DNA from: an archaeon | GTDB lineage: Archaea > Nanobdellota > Nanobdellia > SCGC-AAA011-G17 > GW2011-AR17 | DNA: 64,000 nt | Assembly: GCA_018692925.1 (NCBI GenBank) | Contig: JABHLH010000016.1 | Location: 19,462-83,461, forward strand | Reading direction: 5' to 3' | In this document: in pieces, positions 49,454 to 59,319 of the stretch | Layout: the number at the start of each line of letters is the position of its first letter | Position numbering within the stretch: position 1 is the stretch's first letter | Translations under genes and position numbers: made by a program | Notes under the pieces: model-generated | Told to the model about the DNA's origin: nothing | Databases searched by the model: none | Seen by the model: only the letters and a program-made list of their open reading frames with translations

Positions 49454-50108
49454 TATAACCAAACCTTGGAAAAATCTTAGCCAGTCTATACATTCTCAAT
49501 CTATTCAACATAATCACATCACTTGACATATGCACAACTCTCAAACCATTTCTTTTCAACAATTTTTTCAAACTATCAAAAGTAAAATATCTAATATGTC
49601 CAATTGCTCTTTCATTTCCACTAGACTCAATCCCTAAATCAATTCCAGGATTCACACCTAAGAACAATTTCAACCTTCTATTCAATGCAGCAATATTGGG
49701 AGTTGTAATAATTAAATAACCACCTTTCTTCAAAACTCTATAAATTTCTCTAATAGCATAATCTGTATTAAACAGATGCTCAACAACTTCACTAAAAACA
49801 ACAACATCAAAAAAATTATCTTTGAAAGGCATCTTTCCTTCTTCAACATTATGAACTTTTGCTTTAACTCCTAATGTCTTACAATAATCAACAGACTCTT
49901 TAGCAACATCAATCCCATAAACCTCATTCTTATTTTTCAATAAACCTTTAGAAATATTTCCTAAAGAACAACCAAGATCTAAAACTGTTTTATTCTTACC
50001 AACCATTCGAACAACTTTTTTTCTTCTAAATTTTATCTCTGGAAGATCATAAAGACTAGTATCAAAATCCTTCCCATATGTTTTCCCATAAAAATCTTCA
50101 CTGCTCAT
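49428..50108 (-). CDS. Class I SAM-dependent methyltransferase
   Basis: Motif I is VLDLGCSLGN and the post-II motif is DVVVFSEVVEHL. Confidence 0.8.
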   Translation of the reverse strand: MSSEDFYGKTYGKDFDTSLYDLPEIKFRRKKVVRMVGKNKTVLDLGCSLGNISKGLLKNKNEVYGIDVAKESVDYCKTLGVKAKVHNVEEGKMPFKDNFFDVVVFSEVVEHLFNTDYAIREIYRVLKKGGYLIITTPNIAALNRRLKLFLGVNPGIDLGIESSGNERAIGHIRYFTFDSLKKLLKRNGLRVVHMSSDVIMLNRLRMYRLAKIFPRFGYTIYLKARK

Positions 50109-50977
50109 TTTTTCATATCTGCCATAAATCCAAAAAGAACTACTTGCATTCCAGTTAAAATCAATAAAGCTGTTAAAACTACTCTAGGTGTTCCACCAGT
50201 TCCACCATACTGTAAAATATGATAAACTATATACAATCCTACTAACATTCCTAAAGTCAACAACATAATTCCTATCTTTCCAAAAAAAGCAAGAGGCTTA
50301 TAATCTCTATAAATTTTAAAAATATTAATCCAAGCTTTCAAAGCATAATCAAAAGCTCCAGTCATCAATCTACTTTCTCTGGTTTTTCTAGCATAGATTG
50401 GAATCTCTTTAATTCTAAAATTCAACCTTGAAGCTTTAATCAATTGTTCCTGTGTGTATGTAAAATCAGTATTATATTCAATAGATTCAGCAACTTCTTT
50501 TCTAAAAGCTCTAAATCCAGTAGTAGAATCACTTATTTCAGTTTTACAAATTTGTGTAAAAACTTTTGCAAAAGCAACATTACCAAACCATTTCAAAACA
50601 GGCATAGATTCAATTTCTCCTTTAAACCTACTACCTAAAACTAAATCATAACCTTCTTCAATTTCTTTAATCATATGAGGAATATATTCAGAAGGATATT
50701 GCCCATCTGCATCTGTATGTACAATAACATCTGCTTTTAATTTCAAACACTCTTCCATTTCTTTTTTAAAAGTTTCAAGCAATCCACTATGTCTTTTACT
50801 AACAACAATAGCTCCAGCCTTTTCAGAAACTTTAATAGTTTTATCTACACTCCCATCATCAACAACTAAAATTTTATATTTGTATTTAGTTTTACTCATA
50901 ACTAGCTTAATTTCTTCGATAACACTAGGAATAGTATTCTCTTCATTATATGCGGGAATAGTAATTACAACAAACAT
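50105..50977 (-). CDS. GT2 glycosyltransferase with a C-terminal TM anchor (DPM/DPG-synthase-like)
   Basis: Motifs are VITIPAYNEE, VVDDGSVDKT and TDADGQYP. There are two C-terminal TM helices. Confidence 0.85.
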   Translation of the reverse strand: MFVVITIPAYNEENTIPSVIEEIKLVMSKTKYKYKILVVDDGSVDKTIKVSEKAGAIVVSKRHSGLLETFKKEMEECLKLKADVIVHTDADGQYPSEYIPHMIKEIEEGYDLVLGSRFKGEIESMPVLKWFGNVAFAKVFTQICKTEISDSTTGFRAFRKEVAESIEYNTDFTYTQEQLIKASRLNFRIKEIPIYARKTRESRLMTGAFDYALKAWINIFKIYRDYKPLAFFGKIGIMLLTLGMLVGLYIVYHILQYGGTGGTPRVVLTALLILTGMQVVLFGFMADMKK

Positions 50978-51076
50978 TCTATTTTCTTTAAAATATCCCT
51001 TTAAAAGTTTTATTAAGGTTCTTCATATGGGTTAGAAATAGAAAGGTTTATATATCAAAAGATACCAATAGATACT

Positions 51077-51322
51077 ATGAATACACAAATAAATTTAAGA
51101 CTTTCAGAAAGAATGCTTAATTCTGCAAAATCTTATGCAAATAAAAATGGATTTGGAACAGTACAAGAATTTATCAAAGAAACAGTTAGAGAAAAATTAT
51201 TTGAAAAACCAGAAATAAACAAAGAAGAATTAATTCTGGTAAAAAAATTAGCTGAAATAAGTTTAAAGAAAAATCTATTTGGAACTGAGGAAGAATTATT
51301 TAAAAAATTAAAGAGGAAATAA
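51077..51322 (+). CDS. Putative ribbon-helix-helix/CopG-like antitoxin
   Basis: 81 aa. The N-terminus INLRLSERML is RHH-like. It lies 1 nt upstream of a RelE-like gene. Confidence 0.5.
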   Translation: MNTQINLRLSERMLNSAKSYANKNGFGTVQEFIKETVREKLFEKPEINKEELILVKKLAEISLKKNLFGTEEELFKKLKRK

Positions 51323-51323
51323 T

Positions 51324-51623
51324 ATGGAGTATACTCTTCTTCCTTCAAATTTTTTCTTATCTCAATTAGATGAATTAAATGAAGAAACTCTAAAACAAAT
51401 TGAAGAAAAATTACAATTAGTAAAGACAAATCCCTTCCGATATAAAAGAATTCAAGGATATAAATTATTTTTATTTAGAATAAGATTCAAAAATGAAAGA
51501 AAAGAAAAAAGAATAATATACCTTATTGATAAACTAGATGTGAAAATTTTATGTATATTAGATAGAGATAAAAATTACAAAGATCTAAAGAAATATCTTA
51601 AAAAATTAGGATATCCTGCATAA
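51324..51623 (+). CDS. RelE/ParE-family type II toxin
   Basis: 99 aa. KRIIYLIDKLDVKILCILDRDKNY matches the RelE/ParE C-terminal pattern. Confidence 0.6.
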   Translation: MEYTLLPSNFFLSQLDELNEETLKQIEEKLQLVKTNPFRYKRIQGYKLFLFRIRFKNERKEKRIIYLIDKLDVKILCILDRDKNYKDLKKYLKKLGYPA

Positions 51624-51656
51624 ACCTTTATAAACAAAACAAAATAATTCTCTAAT

Positions 51657-52370
51657 ATGGACAAAGAGTATGAACAAGACTACTTCAAGCAAGAAAAAGA
51701 ACATTGGTGGTTTCGAGCAAGAAGAGATTTAATAAAAAGAATAAAAATCTCTCCAGATGCTAAAATCTTAGAAGTTGGCTGTGGTTCAGGATTAAATTTA
51801 AAAGAATTCTCAAATAAAGAAAAAATAGGATTAGATATTTCTCAAGATGCTGTTGACAAAGCTCAAGAATACAATATTGATGCAATTCAAGGTGATCTAA
51901 ACAAAGATTTACCTTTTGAAAAAGAATCATTTGATTTAATTTTAGCTTTAGATGTGATTGAACATTTAGAAGATGAAAAAGAAGCAATAAAAAAACTTTC
52001 AGAATTATTAAAAGAAAATGGAAAATTAGTAATAAATATTCCAGCTTTTCAATTTTTATGGTCGGAACATGATGTTTTAAACCAACACAAAAAAAGATAC
52101 ACAAAGAAAGAAATAGAAAAATTCACAAAAGATTTCCTAAAAACTCAAACATTAACTTATTGGAATTTCACCTTACTTCCAGTAGTTTATTCAGTAATTA
52201 AAATTAACAAAATTCTAAAAAGAAAAGATTCAAACATTCAAGAGACTAGTCCAATTGTAAACAAAATCTTATTAAACATTTTAAAAATTGAAAATTATTT
52301 AATTCATAACAGAATATTCTTCCCTTGGGGAGTCTCTGTTTTCTACATAGGAAAAAAAAGATCTTCATAA
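51657..52370 (+). CDS. Class I SAM-dependent methyltransferase
   Basis: Motif I is ILEVGCGSGLNL and the post-II motif is DLILALDVIEHLED. Confidence 0.8.
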   Translation: MDKEYEQDYFKQEKEHWWFRARRDLIKRIKISPDAKILEVGCGSGLNLKEFSNKEKIGLDISQDAVDKAQEYNIDAIQGDLNKDLPFEKESFDLILALDVIEHLEDEKEAIKKLSELLKENGKLVINIPAFQFLWSEHDVLNQHKKRYTKKEIEKFTKDFLKTQTLTYWNFTLLPVVYSVIKINKILKRKDSNIQETSPIVNKILLNILKIENYLIHNRIFFPWGVSVFYIGKKRSS

Positions 52371-52404
52371 ACTTTATAAAACAAATTCTTAAAAAAATCA
52401 AATA

Positions 52405-53868
52405 ATGAAAAAATCTGACAAGATATTCCTTATTCCCATAATATTATTTAGTTTAAACTTAATCTACAGATTAATAGATACTGCTAAAATTATCAAATAT
52501 TTCCCTTTAGACTATACAAATGATTTAGCTTCTTATGTAGCTCAACTAAGTTTTTTAGATGCATATGGTCTTTTTGCAAATGTTCCAAATTGGTATAATG
52601 GATTCATTTTATTCCAAGCATCAGCTCCAGGTTGGGCTTTATTCACTTTGCCAATATTAAATCTAACAAACAACATAATGCTTTCAACTTACTTATCAAT
52701 AATTTTACTATACATTTTAGCTTTCATTTCAATTTATTTAATTGGTAAACACATCAAAATTTCAAAAATTAAAACTATAGCTCTTTACTTATTCATTTTT
52801 GCAAATCCTATGGCAATTGGAGGATTCTTAAAACAAGGTAGACTTCCAGAACTAACTGCTTTCGTAGTTTTCATATACATATTTTATCTAGCTTTATACT
52901 ACAAAGACAATCCTATCGACTGGAAAATCTTATTTTTAGCTCCATTATACACTTTCTTAATAATTTCTCATCAACCAGAAACAGTTCTAGGATCAACTTT
53001 TTTATTAGGTTTAATCCTTACTAAAAATTTCAAAGAGAACATAAAAATCATTTCAACATTAATCTTAGGAACTCTACTTTCTTCTTTCTGGCTAATACAA
53101 TTTCTACAAGCATACACACAACTAAATTTAATAGATCAAGAATTTGGGCTTTGGTTATTAGATTTTAACAGTTTCTTAATTAGCAACTTAATATTAACTG
53201 GATTAACTATTGCTCTTCTTGGACTATTTTATTTCTACCAGAAAGATAAGAAAGATTTTCTTTTCTTCTTACCAACATTAACCTTAGCTTTTTTAGTTTT
53301 AACAAGATTAATTACTTTCATTCCAATATACAAAGAGATTTATCCTGATCCTTGGACTAATTTCTTAATTCTATTCACTTCATTTTTCCTAGTATCATTG
53401 AATTACAACAAAATTTCAAAGAAAATAAAAACTTATCTTTTAATCGTCTTAGCTTTAGCAGCAATAGCTGCAATCTCTTACAACATGTTATTCACACCTT
53501 TCTTTCAAGATTACACACAAACAGAATATGACATCCTAGCAGTTATGCCAGACATTGAAGAAAGATTTTTAATATTAGGGTCTCAATCAATAGAATCTTC
53601 ATATCCTCAAGCTTACTATTCTTATGCAGCTTTAATAAACAAAAACACAGCTTCAGGCTGGTCTGATTGGTCAAAGGACAAAGATTACATCAACTTAATT
53701 ACAAACATAGGTTTTACAGAAGACTGTGACAAACTTGTTGAAGGATTAAATGAATTAAATGTATTAGAAATTATTGCTTTGAATGAAGATTGTACATACT
53801 TAACAAACACTTGTAATTTCCAAGAGAAAACAACTTCAAATCAAGCTTGTTTACTTAGCATAGAATAA
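52405..53868 (+). CDS. Polytopic integral membrane protein, candidate glycan polymerase/ligase or GT-C enzyme
   Basis: 487 aa with ~12 TM helices and a C-terminal soluble domain. No WWDYG (AglB) motif is present. Confidence 0.45.
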   Translation: MKKSDKIFLIPIILFSLNLIYRLIDTAKIIKYFPLDYTNDLASYVAQLSFLDAYGLFANVPNWYNGFILFQASAPGWALFTLPILNLTNNIMLSTYLSIILLYILAFISIYLIGKHIKISKIKTIALYLFIFANPMAIGGFLKQGRLPELTAFVVFIYIFYLALYYKDNPIDWKILFLAPLYTFLIISHQPETVLGSTFLLGLILTKNFKENIKIISTLILGTLLSSFWLIQFLQAYTQLNLIDQEFGLWLLDFNSFLISNLILTGLTIALLGLFYFYQKDKKDFLFFLPTLTLAFLVLTRLITFIPIYKEIYPDPWTNFLILFTSFFLVSLNYNKISKKIKTYLLIVLALAAIAAISYNMLFTPFFQDYTQTEYDILAVMPDIEERFLILGSQSIESSYPQAYYSYAALINKNTASGWSDWSKDKDYINLITNIGFTEDCDKLVEGLNELNVLEIIALNEDCTYLTNTCNFQEKTTSNQACLLSIE

Positions 53869-54174
53869 CCAACTAAATAAATCTATTAAAAAATCCCCAC
53901 TAAACTCAGGAGCAAAACTCAAACAATCTTTACAACTAACTTCTTCTTTCTCTTCTAAAACTAAAACCCCCCATTCAACTTCATTATAATCTCTAAGATT
54001 ATCTCTCACTTCTAAATTCTCTTCAATTTCTTCACTAACACAAATACTTTCTTCACACCAAGAATCCTCAGAAAACAAATTACAAGAATCATCACTTTCA
54101 CAATTAATTATTAATTCACCACTAACAAAACTTACTAATAAAATAAGCATTACAAACAAAACTATCAACCTCAT
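53851..54174 (-). CDS. Small secreted Cys-containing acidic protein
   Basis: It has a signal peptide (MRLIVLFVMLILLVSFVSG). No motif recognised. Confidence 0.4.
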   Translation of the reverse strand: MRLIVLFVMLILLVSFVSGELIINCESDDSCNLFSEDSWCEESICVSEEIEENLEVRDNLRDYNEVEWGVLVLEEKEEVSCKDCLSFAPEFSGDFLIDLFSWLFYAK

Positions 54175-54207
54175 AGTATAAATAATAAATAAAAGAATTA
54201 ATAAACT

Positions 54208-54972
54208 TTATTCTTCTTGTTTTTCTTCAGAATCATCACTTTCTTCTTTTTTATCTTCAACAGGCTCTTCTTTCTCTTCTTCTGTCTCTTCTTTCTCTTC
54301 TTTCTCTTCTTCTTTTGTCTCTTCTTTTGTCTCTTCTTTCTCTTCTTCCTTTGTCTCTTCTTTCTCTTCTTCTTTCTCTTCTTCTTTCTCTTCTTCCTTT
54401 GTTTCTTCTTCTTTCTCTTCTTTCTTCTCTTCTTTAATCTCTTCACTACTATCTGCACTTCTCAAAACAAATACTGCAATAACAACTACAATTAAAATTC
54501 CTAAGAAAGCTAACAAATAATTTTTCCAATCAACATTACTCTCTTCATCTTCATCAACAACTAATCCTGTTACTATATTATCATCCACAACATTAACTTC
54601 ATCTGCAACTTGTAAAACTAAATGAACTTCACCATCAGCAGCTACTGTATAAAGAGCTACATTCAAGTCATTATAACCATCTTTATCTAAATCAACTTTC
54701 ATAATAGTATCTAATGTTACTATTCCTGGCCAAGCATTAGTAATTTCATCATGTATAAATGGAACAACATCAAACTTTGCTCCAGTTGTAGTAACTTCTT
54801 CTACAATCAATGAATGCTCTCCATCTAATAACTCAAATCTTACTTCATCATCTTCATAAAGATAAATTGCTTGAGAATTTTGTCCTTCAAAACTTACATC
54901 ATAACTATTTCCAGCTAAAACAAAAGAAAAGCTCAATAAGATCATTAAACCGAATATAATTTTCCATCTCAT
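54208..54972 (-). CDS. Type I membrane/secreted protein with an E/K-rich low-complexity C-terminal tail
   Basis: A signal peptide is followed by a ~150-aa beta-rich ectodomain, then a TM helix (LLAFLGILIVVVIAVFVL). An ~85-aa (EEK/EET)n tail follows. The alternative frames 54198..54458(-) and 54217..54495(+) are artefacts of the same repeat. Confidence 0.65.
   Translation of the reverse strand: MRWKIIFGLMILLSFSFVLAGNSYDVSFEGQNSQAIYLYEDDEVRFELLDGEHSLIVEEVTTTGAKFDVVPFIHDEITNAWPGIVTLDTIMKVDLDKDGYNDLNVALYTVAADGEVHLVLQVADEVNVVDDNIVTGLVVDEDEESNVDWKNYLLAFLGILIVVVIAVFVLRSADSSEEIKEEKKEEKEEETKEEEKEEEKEEEKEETKEEEKEETKEETKEEEKEEKEETEEEKEEPVEDKKEESDDSEEKQEE
54215..54470. repeat. Low-complexity (TCTTCT/TCTTTC)n microsatellite-like DNA encoding the E/K tail
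   Basis: Visible tandem tcttctttctcttc units run over ~250 nt. Confidence 0.6.
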
Positions 54973-55042
54973 AACTATGAGAAACTAATTAACTTACTTA
55001 TAAAGATTATGGCATTTAGAAATAATAAAAAAATAAAAAAAT

Positions 55043-58000
55043 TTACTTCTTTTTAGCAATAAAAAACCATGCAATTCCTGCTACAATCCCTAAGGCTAAT
55101 ACTAATCCTACCCACCAGTAAGACTTTTGTTCAACACCTTCATTCTCAAGCCAACCTTCTAATTTTGTTAAGGTTAGATCAACTGTACCATCTTCATTAA
55201 TTGCATTTAGTGCTACTTCAAAGTCATCTGTTCCATCGCTATCAATATCTAAGTTTCTACTTTCACCAACATAAACAGTTAATTCTTGAGGCTCGCTTGC
55301 AAACAGTAAAACAACAAATTGTTCTTCAGTATTCACTTCACTTAAGGTCACTGAATGAGCTTCTTCTGTACCTTCACTTGTTGTAAAAGTCATTTCAATA
55401 ACATCACCAAGAACAGCTGTAGAATATTCTAAAATTCCTGTTTCTTCCCAGCTACTTTCTTCTTCTAAAATAACAGCTGCAGTAATCTCTTCAATAACTT
55501 CTTCTTCAACTTCTTCAACTTCTTCTTCTTCCTCTTCTTCTACTTCAGGAGCATAACTAGCACTTGATCCTCCACTTGATCCACTTGAACTTGAACTGCC
55601 TGAACTTATACTAACACTAAAACTAGTTGAATCAGCTGCTGAATTCCCATAAACATCAGTTACAGTACATCTTACATTATATGTTCCTGCAAGAGAAGCA
55701 GTATCAGTATATGTTGCACTTGCAGATGTTGTTTGTGTTACATATGAGCCACTTGGTTGTTGTACATCTATTACATATGAAATATCTCCACCTAAATTAT
55801 CTGTAGCTCCACATGCTAAAGAAACTGATTCTCCACCATTAATTGAAGTTGGTGAAGCAGATACTGCTATTGCACTAGGTGCTGTTGTATCTACTGTTAC
55901 ATTTCTAGTTTCTGTAAAATTAATTTGATTAGCTACATCAGTCACAGTTACATTAAATTGATAATAACCATCTCCTAATCTTGAAAAGTTTACAAAACTT
56001 ACATTTGTATCTGTCACAACAGTTTTATTTACAAAGGAACTATTTACTAAAGTAAAAGTTACATTTGCTAAATTTGTTTCAGTTAAATTTACTCTTACAA
56101 AAATAGCATTACTTGTTAGATTTGTATTATTTGCAACAGAACTTGCATGTAAATCAATATTAGGGAAAGTTCGATCTACAATAATGATTCCATTAACACT
56201 AGTATTACGATTACCCATTCTATCAGTTGCAGTTACATTAAATGTATAGTTTCCTTCAGGAAAATTTCCAGCTTTAGTATCCATTAGTGTAAAGTTTAGA
56301 TATGTCAAATTACTATCTCCAATTTCATCTGATATAACAGTTGTATTAATCACACCAGTTGTATTTCTAAAATTAAAAGTTAAGTTAATCAAATTTGATT
56401 CAACAATACTCACATTTACAAAAATAGATGTACTATTAGTTCCACTAGCTCCTGCAACAGCAGAACCATGTGTATAAGAAACAACAGGTAATGTTGGATC
56501 ATAGAAGAAAGTTCTAACTGCAATTTGTTTTGAATTTGAAGCCCTATCTAAAATAGTCACATTAAATGTATAATTTCCATCTACCAGATCTGTAAAATTT
56601 GTATAAGGTGTTGACCATTCAGATACAGCTGTATTATTTGCATAAGTTGAATAATCAATTGTACTTAATTTAAATGTCAAGTTACCTAAATTTTGTTCAG
56701 TAAAAGTCATATTAAAAAAGGCATAAGCTGTTGAAACATTACTATTATTAGCAACAGTAGTTGCAGCATGATAATCTCCAGAAGGAGGTAACGCATCTAT
56801 AATAATAGTCCTTGAACTTTTATGCTTCTGATTTTCAGCTCTATCAGTAGCAGTTATATTAAAAGTATAATTTCCATTAGGTAAATTTCCAGCTTTAGAA
56901 TCTATTTGTGTAAAATTTATTGCTTTTGTTGCACCATCACCTAGAGTATCTGATAATACTGAAACATTAGTTGAACCTGTTGTATTTGTCAGCCTAAAAG
57001 TTAGATTAATTAAATTTGCATCAGCAACACTAGCCTTTACATATATATAATCCGCACTAACAAAAGCCTCATTAGGTTGAACTGTAGGATGATAACTAAG
57101 ACTTGGAAGAGTGCTATCTATTAAAAAATTTCTAATTCCTGAAATATTCTGATTACTCGCCCTATCTAACATTGTAACATTAATTGTATAATTACCCTCT
57201 GCAAAACCACTCTCACCAACTAAACTAGAAAAATTAAGATAGGGTGTTGACCATTCTGATACTACAGTTGTATTCATAGCACTATATGAAACAGGTGCAA
57301 CTCTAAATGTCAAATTAGCAAAATTTGCATCAGTATAACTCATATTAATAATAAAAGAATTACTTGAGATATTACTATTATTGATAAGAGTAGCTGCTTG
57401 ATAATCAATCTGAGGTATAAAAGAATCTAGAATCACTAATCTATTTGTAGTTATGTTACTATTAGTTGCATTATCCCAAATGGTTGCATTTAAAGTATAA
57501 TTAGCCTCTACTAAAGGATTTCCAGAATCTATACTACTTAAATTAAAAGTAAAAGTACTTTGATCAGAGATTACAGTTGTATTTATTGCACCCGAAAATG
57601 GATCAAATGCAGTAAAAGTTAAATTTGCTCTATTAACTTCAGTATAGGTTACTTCAAAGAAAAATGAATTTGTATTAATATAAGCATCATCAGGATAATT
57701 AGTTAAACTACCCCAATCAATAAGAGGCACTGTATTATCAATTGTAAAGGTTCTATTTTCAGCAGTATAGTTTGTTGTAGAACCATTTGTTGCTTGAAAA
57801 TAAAATATAAATTCACCATCAGGATAAGCAGAAATTGCAGAAGCTAAAGCTGTACTAGAATCAGTACCATTTGCTATAAAAAGAGGACCACCAGAAGCAC
57901 CACCATCAATCATGAATATAGCTTCGTATGTTGCATTAGTACCATTAATATTAAAATCAAAAGAAGGTTCACCACCAGAATTAGGACCAAAAAAACTATT

Positions 58001-58198
58001 ATTATCAGGAGCAATAAAATGCAACCTAAATTCGGTATTACTTTCTGCCACAACAAATGACAAAAATAGCAATGTAAATATTACGACTAAAACAACTAAA
58101 AATGATTCATGGATTCCTCTTTTTTTAAACATACCACATACACCTCTTATCACTATATAATATTCATAAGATTTATAAAGCTTTTCAAAGCGCAACAT
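55043..58198 (-). CDS. Large surface protein with repeated Ig-like modules, an acidic stalk and a C-terminal TM anchor. It is a candidate S-layer glycoprotein.
   Basis: Length is 1051 aa, with an N-terminal signal/TM segment. A ~90-100-aa module is repeated more than 6 times, each with ANLTF, NTTVVSE, GNYT.NVT and DxTxP boundaries. There are dozens of N-x-S/T sequons. A PEVEEEEEEEVEEVEEE acidic stretch is followed by a C-terminal TM (WWVGLVLALGIVAGIAWFFIAKKK). Confidence 0.8.
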   Translation of the reverse strand: MLRFEKLYKSYEYYIVIRGVCGMFKKRGIHESFLVVLVVIFTLLFLSFVVAESNTEFRLHFIAPDNNSFFGPNSGGEPSFDFNINGTNATYEAIFMIDGGASGGPLFIANGTDSSTALASAISAYPDGEFIFYFQATNGSTTNYTAENRTFTIDNTVPLIDWGSLTNYPDDAYINTNSFFFEVTYTEVNRANLTFTAFDPFSGAINTTVISDQSTFTFNLSSIDSGNPLVEANYTLNATIWDNATNSNITTNRLVILDSFIPQIDYQAATLINNSNISSNSFIINMSYTDANFANLTFRVAPVSYSAMNTTVVSEWSTPYLNFSSLVGESGFAEGNYTINVTMLDRASNQNISGIRNFLIDSTLPSLSYHPTVQPNEAFVSADYIYVKASVADANLINLTFRLTNTTGSTNVSVLSDTLGDGATKAINFTQIDSKAGNLPNGNYTFNITATDRAENQKHKSSRTIIIDALPPSGDYHAATTVANNSNVSTAYAFFNMTFTEQNLGNLTFKLSTIDYSTYANNTAVSEWSTPYTNFTDLVDGNYTFNVTILDRASNSKQIAVRTFFYDPTLPVVSYTHGSAVAGASGTNSTSIFVNVSIVESNLINLTFNFRNTTGVINTTVISDEIGDSNLTYLNFTLMDTKAGNFPEGNYTFNVTATDRMGNRNTSVNGIIIVDRTFPNIDLHASSVANNTNLTSNAIFVRVNLTETNLANVTFTLVNSSFVNKTVVTDTNVSFVNFSRLGDGYYQFNVTVTDVANQINFTETRNVTVDTTAPSAIAVSASPTSINGGESVSLACGATDNLGGDISYVIDVQQPSGSYVTQTTSASATYTDTASLAGTYNVRCTVTDVYGNSAADSTSFSVSISSGSSSSSGSSGGSSASYAPEVEEEEEEEVEEVEEEVIEEITAAVILEEESSWEETGILEYSTAVLGDVIEMTFTTSEGTEEAHSVTLSEVNTEEQFVVLLFASEPQELTVYVGESRNLDIDSDGTDDFEVALNAINEDGTVDLTLTKLEGWLENEGVEQKSYWWVGLVLALGIVAGIAWFFIAKKK

Positions 58199-58233
58199 AA
58201 ATTATAATAAACTAACAAAAAAAGTTCTATCAA

Positions 58234-59319
58234 ATGAAACAAAAAACTATCACAGTATTTTTATGGAAAGATCTCAAACATCCTTACGCAGGTGGCTCAA
58301 TTGTTTATGCATTTAATCAAGCAGAACATTGGATCAAACAAGGTTACAGAGTTATTTTTCTTTGTCCTAGATTTAAAGGTTCAAAAAAATATGAAAAAAT
58401 AAATGGTTGCCATGTTTTCAGATCTGGAGGAAAATTTTCAAATTACATAACCCTCCCATATTTATACTTAACAAAATTCAAAAAACATACTGATTACATT
58501 TTAGATGTAGAAAATGGTACACCATATTTCACCCCATTATTTTCAAACAAACCAAAAGCAATGCTTCTACTTCATGTTCACAAAGATGTTGTTTTCAAAG
58601 AACTTCCTTTTTATTTAGCTTGGATGCCTTATTTTGCAGAAGTTTATTTGATGCCAATCATTTACAGAAACACTCCTTTAGTTGCAATTAGTAAATCTAC
58701 AAAAAAAGGTTTTGAAAAGTTAGGATTCAAATCAAAAAATTTCACATTAAGTTACTGTGGCTTTGATCAAAAAAGTGCAAAACCAAAAACAAAATTCAAA
58801 AACCCAACAATATTATACTTAGGTAGAATTGAAAAATATAAAAGAATTCAATTACTAATTGAGATGTTTGAAAAATTAAATTATCCTAATTCAGAATTAA
58901 TAATTGCAGGTGGAGGAAGATACTTACCTGAAATTAAAAAAAGAGTTAAAAATTCTCCTCTAAAAAATAGAATTAAAATTTTAGGAAAGGTTTCAGAAGA
59001 AGAAAAATTTAATCTTTATGCTAAGTCTTGGATTTATGCTTCAGCTTCAAGTGCAGAAGGTTGGGGAATAACTGTTATTGAGGCAAATGCTTGTAACACT
59101 CCAGCAGTTTCTTTTAACACTGCAGGATTAAATGAATCTATTCAACATAAAACAAACGGATTAATAGCAAACACAAAATCAGAGTTCATTACAAACATGA
59201 AAAAAATTCTTGACAAAAAAATAAAATTCCCAAAATTAAAAGAATATGCTTCACAGTTTACTTGGGAAAATTCTGCAAAAAAAACATTAGAAGCTTTAAC
59301 TAAACAACTTCATAAATAA
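58234..59319 (+). CDS. GT4 glycosyltransferase
   Basis: GT-B C-terminal domain (GRIEKYKRIQLLIEMF, ...ASSAEGWGITVIEANACNTPAVSFNTAGLNESI). Confidence 0.85.
   Translation: MKQKTITVFLWKDLKHPYAGGSIVYAFNQAEHWIKQGYRVIFLCPRFKGSKKYEKINGCHVFRSGGKFSNYITLPYLYLTKFKKHTDYILDVENGTPYFTPLFSNKPKAMLLLHVHKDVVFKELPFYLAWMPYFAEVYLMPIIYRNTPLVAISKSTKKGFEKLGFKSKNFTLSYCGFDQKSAKPKTKFKNPTILYLGRIEKYKRIQLLIEMFEKLNYPNSELIIAGGGRYLPEIKKRVKNSPLKNRIKILGKVSEEEKFNLYAKSWIYASASSAEGWGITVIEANACNTPAVSFNTAGLNESIQHKTNGLIANTKSEFITNMKKILDKKIKFPKLKEYASQFTWENSAKKTLEALTKQLHK

Noticed and set aside
50444-50651. Plus-strand ORFs 50444..50638 and 50454..50651
   Set aside because: Antisense within the GT2 gene.
51133-52104. Minus-strand ORFs 51133..51429 and 51760..52104
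   Set aside because: They are antisense to a plausible RHH/RelE pair and to a methyltransferase with clear SAM motifs.
54198-54495. K/R-rich ORF 54198..54458(-) and F/L-rich ORF 54217..54495(+)
   Set aside because: These are alternative frames of the (TCTTCT)n microsatellite. Only the E/K frame joins a signal-peptide and TM-containing upstream sequence (54208..54972).
55201-58160. Plus-strand ORFs 55201..55386 and 57912..58160
   Set aside because: Antisense within the large surface protein gene.
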